The position numbers and the translations under genes are program-made. Under the pieces are notes generated by a model that worked only from the letters and a program-made list of their open reading frames with translations, had not been told where the DNA came from and did not search any database. 64,000 nt of DNA from a virus (taxonomy: Duplodnaviria > Heunggongvirae > Uroviricota > Caudoviricetes): IMG/VR virus record IMGVR_UViG_3300006033_000017; one strand, 5' to 3'. Position 1 is the first letter of the stretch; every line of letters starts with the position of its first letter. Below are positions 19,217 through 28,491 of the stretch, piece after piece.

Positions 19217-19579
19217 ATGCTCGAAGAAGCCAAGACCTGTATCTTCCTAAGTATCATTCTAGTGCTGAGTGTCATAGCTCTATGCGTCAGCATGAAGAAG
19301 GTCTGGTATCCTGGGATTCTATTCGCAACGCTACTAACAATTGGTCCCGCAGGTTTTCTAATTAACGCCTACGCCTCCACCACCTACGGCGAGTCGCTTG
19401 CCGCCCAAGGCATCGCCACCGTGGCGCTCACAGGGCTTCTAGCGGCTTGCGCTGTCGGGATGGGGCTAGGTGCCCTGCTCAACCTGGGGTTCCTCACAGG
19501 GGCCTTTAGCTCCCTGGTGGCGGTGCTCCTGGCGAGCTTGAACCGGGTCCGCCAACAAAAACCGCCAAGTGATCTATAG
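19217..19579 (+). CDS. polytopic small membrane protein (3 predicted TM helices; holin-like topology)
   Basis: three hydrophobic segments; the C-terminal half is encoded by a markedly GC-rich segment. Confidence 0.45.
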   Translation: MLEEAKTCIFLSIILVLSVIALCVSMKKVWYPGILFATLLTIGPAGFLINAYASTTYGESLAAQGIATVALTGLLAACAVGMGLGALLNLGFLTGAFSSLVAVLLASLNRVRQQKPPSDL

Positions 19580-20119
19580 GATTTGCATGTTATTGAGCAC
19601 TGCCAATAACAAGGTAGCCCCCTTGTAATTCATTCTCTCCATTACAACGTCTAATGACAATGTTGTGCCATCTTGTAGTTGAGTGCTCACGTCTTTTATT
19701 TCACGCCTATCCCCGTCATTTGCCGCATCATATACTAAGCGAGCTACCCTGCAATTAAGAACACAATGCAACTCCAATCCACACCTACCCGATATAAAGT
19801 CTTGTTGTTGATCATGAATACATCCGACTATATTCCCAAAACGCTGTGATATCAATTCGTTAATATTCTCTAGGTTCATCGCTGTCAAGAATGCTTTGTT
19901 TACTACTAGTAATTGTCCGTGAGCATTCAATATCGCGATTGGTTGATTGTATTTACTGAGTAGTGTACATATGTAAGGATCGCCAGCAAGCTCATTAGTT
20001 ATCACTTTCAACTGTTCAGGAGTATTGCGTCCCGCAAACAAATCAAGATCAAAATTGGCAGCCTTAATCATATTTTCTACTTCTTGACTTAACTGCGCTA
20101 CGTGTGCTTTAGGAATCAT
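19574..20119 (-). CDS. hypothetical protein (181 aa)
   Basis: isolated minus-strand ORF convergent with the preceding gene. Confidence 0.45.
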   Translation of the reverse strand: MIPKAHVAQLSQEVENMIKAANFDLDLFAGRNTPEQLKVITNELAGDPYICTLLSKYNQPIAILNAHGQLLVVNKAFLTAMNLENINELISQRFGNIVGCIHDQQQDFISGRCGLELHCVLNCRVARLVYDAANDGDRREIKDVSTQLQDGTTLSLDVVMERMNYKGATLLLAVLNNMQIL

Positions 20120-20215
20120 AATGAATCATAATTCGTATCTCTTAGGGTGGCCCCCTACTATCCGGCAGGACATTATTGCAAATCCTATGAATTGGTAGAT
20201 TACCAGGAGATTACA

Positions 20216-20800
20216 ATGAACAAGACAGCCTCTTTCCCCGATAACACCCCATTACCAAGAGAACACATGCAAGCCTTAAATAAATCACATGGGCAAAGCC
20301 AATGGGTGCAAAGCGAAGCCCCGTTATGGGAAGTAGAGGCGCTGCCGGATGATGATCGTCATATCTTCCTAGAGCTACTTATGAAACAAATTGGTAAATG
20401 GACAGGAATGAAGCCTAGCGAATTGGATGCTACCGAGTTGTCTCTATTGGTCAATATGGATCTTCATGGAATGAATAAGTTGTATCTTCAATATATTACT
20501 ACTAAGCAGCATATTAAGGCTCAAAATGCACAACGCCTTATGAGTGCCATGGTAGATACTTTTAGAGAATTAGAAGCAAGTGGGTGGGGGTTCGGCGAAC
20601 CGATAGAGGAAGCCCCTGAATATAGCGAGCATGAGGAAACACCACAGGCGGCTTACCAGCAAGAGTTGCCGTTTGAGGACGAAGAGATAGTTGCGTCTAC
20701 CAAAGTTGAGCAATTACTAAGGGCCGCGACCTTAGCGGATCGTGAAGGTCTTTTCAAGGAAGCAGATATCATCCTACTAGCTGCTAACAGACTAATATAG
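20216..20800 (+). CDS. hypothetical protein (start at MNKTASF with AGGAG RBS)
   Basis: ORF; acidic. Confidence 0.45.
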   Translation: MNKTASFPDNTPLPREHMQALNKSHGQSQWVQSEAPLWEVEALPDDDRHIFLELLMKQIGKWTGMKPSELDATELSLLVNMDLHGMNKLYLQYITTKQHIKAQNAQRLMSAMVDTFRELEASGWGFGEPIEEAPEYSEHEETPQAAYQQELPFEDEEIVASTKVEQLLRAATLADREGLFKEADIILLAANRLI

Positions 20801-20820
20801 TTACTAGGATCCAAATATAG

Positions 20821-20858
20821 CAAAGCCCCCTTGTGCTGTCCAAGGGGGCTTTGCCATT
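20821..20858. terminator. bidirectional rho-independent terminator
   Basis: AAAGCCCCCTTG-tgctgtc-CAAGGGGGCTTT perfect 12-bp stem between convergent genes. Confidence 0.7.
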
Positions 20859-20871
20859 AACGAATGATGTC

Positions 20872-21132
20872 TTACAACTCGCCGGGATAGACGGCACAAA
20901 CACAATCCGCAAGAATGCGTCGAGGAATGATGATTTGTGCATCGTCAACCTGATGCAAGGTCAAACTTGCGATCTGATCATTTTCTACCGCAGTCATAAT
21001 CTTATCATAGGTTTCGACATATTGATCGAACGTAAACAGTTCCGTTTCATCATTATCAGGATCGCGATTAGTGGGAACTTCACGACACTGAAAGGAACAA
21101 CCCGTAGGGATGTGAGTAATTACGACGTACAT
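20872..21132 (-). CDS. hypothetical protein (86 aa)
   Basis: ORF. Confidence 0.35.
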   Translation of the reverse strand: MYVVITHIPTGCSFQCREVPTNRDPDNDETELFTFDQYVETYDKIMTAVENDQIASLTLHQVDDAQIIIPRRILADCVCAVYPGEL

Positions 21133-21144
21133 AACAGTTTCCTA

Positions 21145-21172
21145 TCTGGGTAGGGCGTTGCCGCCCTACCCT
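21145..21172 (-). terminator. stem-loop (GGGTAGGGCG-ttgc-CGCCCTACCC) after the pilin-like gene
   Basis: perfect 10-bp GC-rich inverted repeat; weak U-tract. Confidence 0.4.
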
Positions 21173-21182
21173 ATCGCCAACA

Positions 21183-22022
21183 TTAGCGGCGCGAGCTACT
21201 AGACGAACTAGAACTGGATCGACTACTAGAGCTACTAAAGCTACTAGAGCTACCGAAACTTCCTGAAGAAGATCGCCCACTAGAGCTAAAGCCACTCGAT
21301 CCACCGAAACTACCACTACTGCGGCTAGGACTTGAGCCGCCAAAGCTACCACTACTCCGACTAGAGCTTGAGCCACTCCAACTACTACTTGGACGACTAG
21401 AGCTTGAGCCAAAAGACCCCTTGGAACTCGCTGCCGAACTTCCGCTATTGAAAGAGCCTCTCGACTTACTAAAAGATCCACCTGAAGTGGGCCTTGAGCC
21501 TGAGAAGCTACTACCAGTTCGTGCCTCGGGTACAGAAGGAACAGTCGTACTCTTTGATCCAAAAGAACCACTAGATGTACTAGGCGTACCGAAACTGCCC
21601 TTTGCCGGTGGGCGAGTGGTCCTTACTTCAGCAGCAGTAGCAGTACGAACAGCAGGCCGACTAGTTACCGCAACATATGGCTTACTATATCCCGGTGGGT
21701 TAGCATGATAGTAATACGAGTAATGCGACGTAGTATAGTAACGACCACGATAAGCACCACCGTAAGGATTAGCCATCCACCAAGAATAGGTCGGGAAGTA
21801 ATCATCATCGATAATCACAACCGGGGCCGGAGCAGCCGCCATGTATTCAGGTCCGACAGGTTGAACCGCCATTCCATTATGGCGACTGTGGATATCCCCC
21901 GCCACACCAACAACAATCGTACCAACAATTGCCAGCATCGCAATGACAACCAGCATCTCAATCAGGGTAAAGCCCTTCTTACGCATCTTCTGTTTCCTTT
22001 TCTTTGATTTCACCAAGTACAT
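21183..22022 (-). CDS. type IV prepilin-like protein with a Tyr-rich region and a long Ser/Gly/Arg-rich repetitive tail
   Basis: KKGFTLIEMLVVIAMLAIVGTIVVG matches the class III prepilin cleavage/methylation signal (G|FTLIE); then (SGSFGSSS)n low-complexity repeats. Confidence 0.6.
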   Translation of the reverse strand: MYLVKSKKRKQKMRKKGFTLIEMLVVIAMLAIVGTIVVGVAGDIHSRHNGMAVQPVGPEYMAAAPAPVVIIDDDYFPTYSWWMANPYGGAYRGRYYTTSHYSYYYHANPPGYSKPYVAVTSRPAVRTATAAEVRTTRPPAKGSFGTPSTSSGSFGSKSTTVPSVPEARTGSSFSGSRPTSGGSFSKSRGSFNSGSSAASSKGSFGSSSSRPSSSWSGSSSSRSSGSFGGSSPSRSSGSFGGSSGFSSSGRSSSGSFGSSSSFSSSSSRSSSSSSSSSRR

Positions 22023-22653
22023 CTTTGACGGCTTGGCTTAGTTTAGCAAATGTATCATCGCCCTTCGCGAGAAAGGCAGCATTAGTCTCTCGTAATTTGG
22101 CCCAACCATCTACAGAAAAACTAGCCGCGAAGGCTATACGCTGAAAGCCATGAGTACCACAAAGGACACTAATAACATCCGCGTAGATATCTGAAAAGTT
22201 AGGGTTCCATCCAATCTCTAATTCTTCTTCTGCTCTCTTTGTCTGTCGTTCGCGATAATCAGGATAACCTGGATCATCAGATTTGACACGCTGTTCAATC
22301 CACCTAATGTCTTGTTCGTAGTTTTCCCGAACTTTTTGGGTTTCTGCCTCTAGTCTATATTTTACAACCTCAGCAGCAACTTCATTAATCAAATCAGCGA
22401 ATTGTTCATCAGTGTATCGCTGTTTGCTAATTAGCTGGAAAGAGCCCGAATCCTCAAAACTGTGATATCCGACATCGTAGAAATAGATATCGAATTCCGA
22501 GGTTTTATCTGGCTCTAGTTTTAGGCGGCGAGCTAAGCGCTCGGGCGTCCCTGCTAGTATAGCACAGATAGTACTTGGTGTAATGGCGGGTGTTTTAAGT
22601 TCTTCCATTGGGATCAACCTTAAGCTCGAAGTGATCACACACACCGCTAGCAT
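21979..22653 (-). CDS. hypothetical acidic protein (224 aa)
   Basis: ORF. Confidence 0.45.
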   Translation of the reverse strand: MLAVCVITSSLRLIPMEELKTPAITPSTICAILAGTPERLARRLKLEPDKTSEFDIYFYDVGYHSFEDSGSFQLISKQRYTDEQFADLINEVAAEVVKYRLEAETQKVRENYEQDIRWIEQRVKSDDPGYPDYRERQTKRAEEELEIGWNPNFSDIYADVISVLCGTHGFQRIAFAASFSVDGWAKLRETNAAFLAKGDDTFAKLSQAVKDVLGEIKEKETEDA

Positions 22654-22873
22654 TCACTTCAAATAATCCCAAGGTCTCTTCGAATAGAGTGCAGGCACAC
22701 ACATCTCTAAAATCCCTGTCGAGATAAATGTTTTCAACTGTATCTTGTCGGCAGTTGAAGCACTTCGAACATGAGTTTGTAAATGGATCTTTGTAGTTAA
22801 GTCGCGCCAGAATAGCTTGTCTAAGTTCTACAGGTGCTGTATTGAGTTTCTTGGGATCAATCTTGTCGCTCAT
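22595..22873 (-). CDS. Cys-rich small protein (92 aa)
   Basis: CSKCFNCRQD...CAC. Confidence 0.35.
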   Translation of the reverse strand: MSDKIDPKKLNTAPVELRQAILARLNYKDPFTNSCSKCFNCRQDTVENIYLDRDFRDVCACTLFEETLGLFEVNASGVCDHFELKVDPNGRT

Positions 22874-22875
22874 CG

Positions 22876-23262
22876 CTATCTCCCGACTACAATTTGGGCG
22901 GGAGCATATGGTCCCACCAAAGCGACCTTAAAATCATATGCTTCAACGGGGAGAATACCATATGCCTTTTCAACAAGCTCTACTACTCGATCAACAAACT
23001 GGCAATCATCAACCAGCAGAATCCCGCCGCGAATCGTCATTGTTAGACAATAAGGAATAACCGTCATCGCTACATCCTTATCGTATTCAGGTATCTGAGT
23101 AGCATTGAGGATAAGCGTATTGGTCTCATCTAGCCGCCGTGCAGAATCTTGAATTGTATGCAAAAGCTGTTGCAGCTTCATTACGGCCCTTGTATCAAGC
23201 TTACCACTATGGCTATGGAAATTCATCAACTTAACTTTGGCGTCGAAGAAATAGGTTTGCAT
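22876..23262 (-). CDS. hypothetical protein (128 aa)
   Basis: ORF. Confidence 0.4.
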   Translation of the reverse strand: MQTYFFDAKVKLMNFHSHSGKLDTRAVMKLQQLLHTIQDSARRLDETNTLILNATQIPEYDKDVAMTVIPYCLTMTIRGGILLVDDCQFVDRVVELVEKAYGILPVEAYDFKVALVGPYAPAQIVVGR

Positions 23263-23529
23263 CTATACTTCCAGAATCTTTCCATCAACCCAGTATGTAG
23301 TACCGTGAGCAAGGCCCTTACCGTCAAGTACGTTGTCATTATCATCCTTGACAAGCTGCATTGCTCCATCATCGACACGTTTAGTCATCATGTATCTGTT
23401 AATAGCTTCAGGGGAAGCCCATGCACCACATAAGCTCGTAAGCATACGCCATGCATCCTCAAACGAATACGGACCTTCATAGCTGCGTGCATCGCGTGCA
23501 TCGCCGCCCAAGATATAGAACTCAATCAT
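23263..23529 (-). CDS. hypothetical protein (88 aa)
   Basis: ORF. Confidence 0.35.
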   Translation of the reverse strand: MIEFYILGGDARDARSYEGPYSFEDAWRMLTSLCGAWASPEAINRYMMTKRVDDGAMQLVKDDNDNVLDGKGLAHGTTYWVDGKILEV

Positions 23530-23732
23530 TATCCTGTCTCCTCAAGTAACTTGTATGAAACCAAATTGGACACTGAAACCATGTTCTTGTATTGAGCCAA
23601 ACTGTTTAGTTGATCAACAAGTACTTGTGCGGTTGGCTCATCTGCGGCGTAGATAGTTTCCAAGCTTGTACTAACACTCCCGTCGGGAAGCGTAATAGCT
23701 TTTTCTACTTTCCATTGGCCTGTTTGCATCAT
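23529..23732 (-). CDS. hypothetical protein (67 aa)
   Basis: ORF. Confidence 0.3.
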   Translation of the reverse strand: MMQTGQWKVEKAITLPDGSVSTSLETIYAADEPTAQVLVDQLNSLAQYKNMVSVSNLVSYKLLEETG

Positions 23733-23741
23733 GTTCTCTTC

Positions 23742-24551
23742 TTATCCATGACACAGATTCCACAAACCAAGTTCGCGTGCGCGCCGCAAAGCTACAGCAG
23801 CGATATCGATTTGATTAATGTAGATATATTCAGCCGTTTCGTTGGCGGTCACAACAACGATTCGAGCTTCTTCCTTGTCCAACCAAAGATCAGTGTGCCT
23901 CTCATCTTGATTGTATGTTCCCAACCAATCATATTGTCGCGTAGTAGTTAGATCGTACTGAGGAACACACCCCCCAAACGTACCATAAACTGCCCTAAGG
24001 TTACGTGCTTCTCCATTAGTAAGAGTCTGAGATCGATACATAATCTCCCCATTACATTCAAGAGAATACCAAGCATCACCAAATAGGTCTGTGGCTCGAC
24101 GAATAGCCGCATCAAAAGTAACAATTGGAGCACCATACTCATCACAAAGAAGGTGACCGAAAATGTTGCCATTCCTATAGGCTCGGACCTGTTCCCGAAC
24201 CGACTTCGGGGTCGAGGACATATTAACCTCAAAAGCCTGCTCACTCAGTTGTCGTTGAACACTCTGCTCTCGAAGTTGAGTCATACTCGCAAACAGTTTC
24301 TTTCCGCATTCTTTTAGGCTTTCACCCCTAACTCGGATTGTATTCATTTGGACAATATACGCAGGAGGATAAGCACCACCATGGTCGATTTGAGGCTCAC
24401 AAGTAACCTGCAACTCCACCTTCAATTCTTGTTCATTAACCTTCTTAGTACCAGTACAAAGGGCCACGTTTTGTTGCATCCAATCAACAGTCCAGTCCCA
24501 ATCAGGCTTAAGTTCGCGGATCCACTTAGTGACGGTCTTCAATCGCAACAT
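23742..24551 (-). CDS. hypothetical protein (~269 aa from the MLRLK Met)
   Basis: the track ORF starts with TTG inside a promoter; GGTGGAG RBS precedes the first ATG. Confidence 0.45.
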   Translation of the reverse strand: MLRLKTVTKWIRELKPDWDWTVDWMQQNVALCTGTKKVNEQELKVELQVTCEPQIDHGGAYPPAYIVQMNTIRVRGESLKECGKKLFASMTQLREQSVQRQLSEQAFEVNMSSTPKSVREQVRAYRNGNIFGHLLCDEYGAPIVTFDAAIRRATDLFGDAWYSLECNGEIMYRSQTLTNGEARNLRAVYGTFGGCVPQYDLTTTRQYDWLGTYNQDERHTDLWLDKEEARIVVVTANETAEYIYINQIDIAAVALRRARELGLWNLCHG

Positions 24552-24573
24552 AGTCAATTCTCCACCTGTCTCT

Positions 24574-24602
24574 ATTGTACCACGTCGTGACGCAGGTGTC
24601 AA
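24574..24602 (-). promoter_or_regulatory. sigma70-like promoter TTGACA-N17-TACAAT
   Basis: minus-strand gcTTGACAcctgcgtcacgacgtggTACAAT. Confidence 0.55.
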
Positions 24603-24605
24603 GCC

Positions 24606-25091
24606 TCAATCGTAGAGCCTAGATAGGCTTTGATCACAGGAGGAACAATGCTCTCGACGCACAAGAGCATCGATGTTGTATTCCTCTAAGCGCAAATACT
24701 CATAACCTATCTTGGTCGAGTAATAGATACGCTTAATACCACAATTCCATAGGACCCGAATACAATTCTTACAAGGCATAGCAATAATCGGATTACCTGC
24801 CTTTGAAATACCCGATACATATATCTTGGTACGACTATCGAGTTGCGCATTCAGCCCCGGCAAAACACCTAGAATTGCATCAATTTCAGCATGAAGAATC
24901 CCTAGAAGGGAAGATTTTCGATGGGTATTGAAGATATCTGGCGGGATATTACCGCAAGATCGATTATACCCTGTCGATATAATTTGGCTTTTTTGAACAA
25001 GAATTGCACCCATTCTATAGCCGCAAGCCCCCTTGCTTTCCGCAAGTTTTCTCGCCATATCTAGAAAATGTTCATGCGTATTCATATTCAC
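24606..25091 (-). CDS. dCMP/cytidine deaminase
   Basis: zinc-binding HAEIDAIL ... PCKNCIRVL (H-x-E and PCxxC motifs). Confidence 0.7.
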   Translation of the reverse strand: MNMNTHEHFLDMARKLAESKGACGYRMGAILVQKSQIISTGYNRSCGNIPPDIFNTHRKSSLLGILHAEIDAILGVLPGLNAQLDSRTKIYVSGISKAGNPIIAMPCKNCIRVLWNCGIKRIYYSTKIGYEYLRLEEYNIDALVRREHCSSCDQSLSRLYD

Positions 25092-25183
25092 CTTTATTGT
25101 TTGAAACTAACAACATATTACAATGTACGTTCTACTAAGGTTATGAGATAGTGACCTAGAACTCATATAGCAGGGAGATCAAT

Positions 25184-25501
25184 ATGACAAGCATACAACA
25201 GATTATGAGTACAGCCAAAGAGCTTCGCGATATGCTTAATGATTTTGAAATGGAAGAGCCAATCGGCTATACACAACAAACTATCGATAGCGACGAGAAG
25301 TTAATGAGTTTCTGTCACTTTGTTTGCGACGAGATTGTCAACCTATCTGATAGCAACTTTGAGAATGATGCTAGTAGATGGTTAGGTGTGGTACTAGGCG
25401 TACTTTGGATGAAGGGTATTTGCACCCTCGAAGAGATATCCGAAGCAAAACTAGCACCAAGCACCTTACCATCAATCATAGCAGCGGCCTTTACTCACTA
25501 A
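25184..25501 (+). CDS. hypothetical protein (105 aa)
   Basis: ORF with upstream TTGTTT-N16-TACAAT. Confidence 0.4.
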   Translation: MTSIQQIMSTAKELRDMLNDFEMEEPIGYTQQTIDSDEKLMSFCHFVCDEIVNLSDSNFENDASRWLGVVLGVLWMKGICTLEEISEAKLAPSTLPSIIAAAFTH

Positions 25502-25926
25502 TCTTCAGCGAGGATTTCCGCACCCTCAATCAGCTTTTTGCGATGTGTTACGGCTCGCAATGCTTGCTGAATAATGTTGCTTAGTGACTCACCCATCTCT
25601 GTGCGTACATCAAGAATATCAACCGAGAACAAAGTTTCTGTGGTGTAGAACTTCTTTACATTGAACTCAGTATAGGCGTCCATAACTTCTCGGGAAGCAC
25701 CATAACAACAAATGGTCGGAGGTGTATCACCCATAGGCTTGAATACCCATGTCCAATCAGGAAACATCTCTGTAACTACCTGTTGGACATGGGCCAAGAA
25801 TTTCTCCTTGCTCATTTCTTGCCTACTCATTGACGATAGCCTTCCGTGGCAGTAGTCTGAGACATGGCCTTGATATGCAGGTCGTAAATCTCGGACAGAT
25901 CCTCTAGGTGAACATATACTTCCCAC
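25498..25926 (-). CDS. hypothetical protein (142 aa)
   Basis: ORF. Confidence 0.4.
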   Translation of the reverse strand: MGSICSPRGSVRDLRPAYQGHVSDYCHGRLSSMSRQEMSKEKFLAHVQQVVTEMFPDWTWVFKPMGDTPPTICCYGASREVMDAYTEFNVKKFYTTETLFSVDILDVRTEMGESLSNIIQQALRAVTHRKKLIEGAEILAED

Positions 25927-26294
25927 AGACCATTAGCGTGACCGTCTGACCAAGCCTTATCCCAGAGTTTCTGAGCCAACTCAGACTCTGGATCCATACT
26001 GAAGTATTCAAAGCAATCCTGCTTAAAGAGCGCAATACCTTCATTCTCTTCTTGACGATATGCAGCCCGCGCGGCGGCTACAATCTCAACTTCCAGGCAA
26101 TGCTGAGCCAACACATCGGGAAGCAAAAGAGATTCTTCAGGCGTCATCTCATAAGGCTTCTTGCGAAGAAGGGGAGGTTTCGCAGGCGTTGCCATATAGG
26201 CAGTCTTAGGGCTATACTTACCTGCTTCAATTGCGAGATAGATTTCGTGATTCATAACTATACTCCACACGTCACTTGAATTTGAATAGGACAC
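25827..26294 (-). CDS. hypothetical protein (155 aa)
   Basis: ORF. Confidence 0.4.
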   Translation of the reverse strand: MSYSNSSDVWSIVMNHEIYLAIEAGKYSPKTAYMATPAKPPLLRKKPYEMTPEESLLLPDVLAQHCLEVEIVAAARAAYRQEENEGIALFKQDCFEYFSMDPESELAQKLWDKAWSDGHANGLWEVYVHLEDLSEIYDLHIKAMSQTTATEGYRQ

Positions 26295-26473
26295 TTAGGA
26301 TTACCACACACATACCCCATACACTGAGACAGATCTAGTTGGCACTTCGGGCAACGTGCAGGTTGCTTCTCAGTAAGATCGTCTGTAGGGAAGGAAGGAG
26401 GTGGCGTCAAAGGCCGGCGCTGACCTGCGCCCTTTGGGAATACCTCTCTTGCTGTCAATCGAAACTCTGCCAT
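26258..26473 (-). CDS. zinc-ribbon small protein (71 aa)
   Basis: CPKCQ...CGNPKCP; TTGACT-N17-TgcTATCAT promoter upstream. Confidence 0.4.
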   Translation of the reverse strand: MAEFRLTAREVFPKGAGQRRPLTPPPSFPTDDLTEKQPARCPKCQLDLSQCMGYVCGNPKCPIQIQVTCGV

Positions 26474-26568
26474 TTGTCTCTGCTCTCCAACCTAATGATA
26501 GCAGGAACCGTGTCGCAAGTCAAGCCCATTCCAGTTGGCGATATAATGAAATACGAAGGGAGCATATA

Positions 26569-27411
26569 ATGCCTGAACCAGAAGAAATGATGAGTGTTGC
26601 TGATGACTCTACCTCTCTAATCAGCCCCGAGCCCACCCCTATTCCTGTAGGAGCCACTGTTGTCGATATTGGTGCAATGGCAAACAAAGCACCTTCCGTG
26701 ATGTCTCTTGGTACCTATGATGACATTGGATTATCATTCACCAAAAGCACTATTGGAGCCTATATCACAAAAACCCCATTATCAAGGAAAGTGTGGATGA
26801 CTGTGTTGCATAACTCAGCTACTCCCGCCATGTATGATAAGGGCCTAGAAACCGTCAAGTCATTCAATAGCTACCATATCAACACTAACGGTTGGAAATG
26901 TATCGGCTATCATTGGGTGATTTCAACAGATGGAACCATTTATGCGGGCCGAAAGATGGAACTAACAGGAGCACATGCCGGAACTTATGGAAACCCAGGT
27001 TCTATTGGTGTTTGTCTCGTTGGTAATATCGAAGGTTCCGATAAAGTGACGCAGGCTCAGAAGGAATCGCTCGCTGCCCTACACTATGCTTTACACAAGA
27101 CATATTACGATGGGGCTGCGCCGAACATTAAGTTCCACAACGACAAAGATTTCCATATGAATACCGGCTGCCCTGGTAAAATCACTGTACCAGAAGTCAT
27201 GGACTGGGTTAACAAGTATGGAAGTCCTGGTATGGATAAGGGGACCGCGACAGAACCTTTAGTATATGTCAATGGGACAAAGATTGGCAAAGGCAAAATC
27301 TTTGAGGACTCGACATATATGAAAGTCAGGGACTTTGAGAAGGCGAACTTCGCCGTTATCTACAAAGGCGCACCCGACTTCACCGTCAACATCGTTGGCC
27401 CCAAAGTATAA
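26569..27411 (+). CDS. endolysin: N-acetylmuramoyl-L-alanine amidase (Amidase_2/PGRP domain) with a C-terminal wall-binding region
   Basis: GAAGGGAG RBS; GYHWVIS...GAHAG...NTGCPG zinc-amidase motifs. Confidence 0.75.
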   Translation: MPEPEEMMSVADDSTSLISPEPTPIPVGATVVDIGAMANKAPSVMSLGTYDDIGLSFTKSTIGAYITKTPLSRKVWMTVLHNSATPAMYDKGLETVKSFNSYHINTNGWKCIGYHWVISTDGTIYAGRKMELTGAHAGTYGNPGSIGVCLVGNIEGSDKVTQAQKESLAALHYALHKTYYDGAAPNIKFHNDKDFHMNTGCPGKITVPEVMDWVNKYGSPGMDKGTATEPLVYVNGTKIGKGKIFEDSTYMKVRDFEKANFAVIYKGAPDFTVNIVGPKV

Positions 27412-27488
27412 GCTGAGTATCAAGGGCGCGGGCTATTCTGCGCCCTTGAACCTCGGGATCAGCCTTTGGCATCGCTGCCTCAAATGGA

Positions 27489-27707
27489 TTACCACTCATC
27501 ACGGTGCTCCTGTAATACCTTGATTGCTAACTTGCATCTCTGAATTGCTTCGGTAATAACCTCATCGGTCGCTTCTTCACGATACTTGTGTAGGACTGAG
27601 GCAACACAACCCTTTAACTCGGCTTCACCTATCTTGTAGAGGGAACGAGTTCCCATCGGTGCTAATTCTTGCATCATATAATACGCAAGCTTCATTGATG
27701 TCATCAT
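27489..27707 (-). CDS. hypothetical protein (72 aa)
   Basis: ORF overlapping the Thg1-like gene stop. Confidence 0.35.
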   Translation of the reverse strand: MMTSMKLAYYMMQELAPMGTRSLYKIGEAELKGCVASVLHKYREEATDEVITEAIQRCKLAIKVLQEHRDEW

Positions 27708-28471
27708 ACTTCTGCCTTCAGAATTGGCTCCGCGCCACGGAATACAACATCTTCCCTATTCGCGATGCGAGTCATAATAGGAATTGATAGTTGATGATAT
27801 TCTGAGCGTTGATATGTTTCACCAGTATCAGCTTTAGTGTGAAAAACTGGTACCTTCCTGAAATACGCACCACGCTTCAAGTGATCCGCATAATCATTCC
27901 AGTTAATGCCCTTCTGAAAGATCATCTCCTGAAGAGCATCGCATTTCTTGCCCTGCAACGCAGAGTGACTATAGAGACTCTGCGCAACCATCAAGATACT
28001 GTTGCGAACCGCATCGACTTCACGCCAGATCAAGGCGTTAGTGGCTTCATATTCAGTTGGGACGCTCCATACACGGCAATCAAACAAAGGGTTCAAATGC
28101 GCTTTCTTGGGAAGATAGGTCGGCAGTTGCTTGTTAAAGAAAACCGACGCCATACTTGCTAACAAAGAAGTCATCTTGGCAACACGACCATCAAAGAAGA
28201 TCTTGCGCTCAAAATCATCCTGTTGCCAAATTAGCGTAATTTCATCAGATTGTGTGTAAGAAATAACAGCATGAGTTTCTTTCACAAGATACTTAGCCGT
28301 TTCATGCATCAATTGCCGCAAATCATCATCAAATGGGCGCGCAAGGCCGCGACAAAATGAGTGAAATGCCTTACCATCTAGACGTGCCATGGCGGGCGCG
28401 AGCGGCATGAGTCGCGCTTGCGGGCCACAGTACAGGTTCTCATAGTATTTCATTCTATCCGACAGATCCAT
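27704..28471 (-). CDS. Thg1-like protein (tRNA-His guanylyltransferase family; 3'-5' nucleotidyltransferase)
   Basis: MARLDGKAFHSF ... ISYTQSDEITLIW aligns to the Thg1 catalytic core RLDGRNFHRF / AYGQSDEYSF; colinear similarity over the whole length. Confidence 0.8.
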   Translation of the reverse strand: MDLSDRMKYYENLYCGPQARLMPLAPAMARLDGKAFHSFCRGLARPFDDDLRQLMHETAKYLVKETHAVISYTQSDEITLIWQQDDFERKIFFDGRVAKMTSLLASMASVFFNKQLPTYLPKKAHLNPLFDCRVWSVPTEYEATNALIWREVDAVRNSILMVAQSLYSHSALQGKKCDALQEMIFQKGINWNDYADHLKRGAYFRKVPVFHTKADTGETYQRSEYHQLSIPIMTRIANREDVVFRGAEPILKAEV

Positions 28472-28491
28472 GACAATTCCTCACTATTATC

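Noticed and set aside
21080-22007. ORFs 21080..21571 (-), 21421..21708 (+) and 21705..22007 (+) overlapping the prepilin-like gene
   Set aside because: They are products of the Ser/Gly-repeat low-complexity DNA read in other frames or on the other strand. The prepilin frame carries the recognisable signal.
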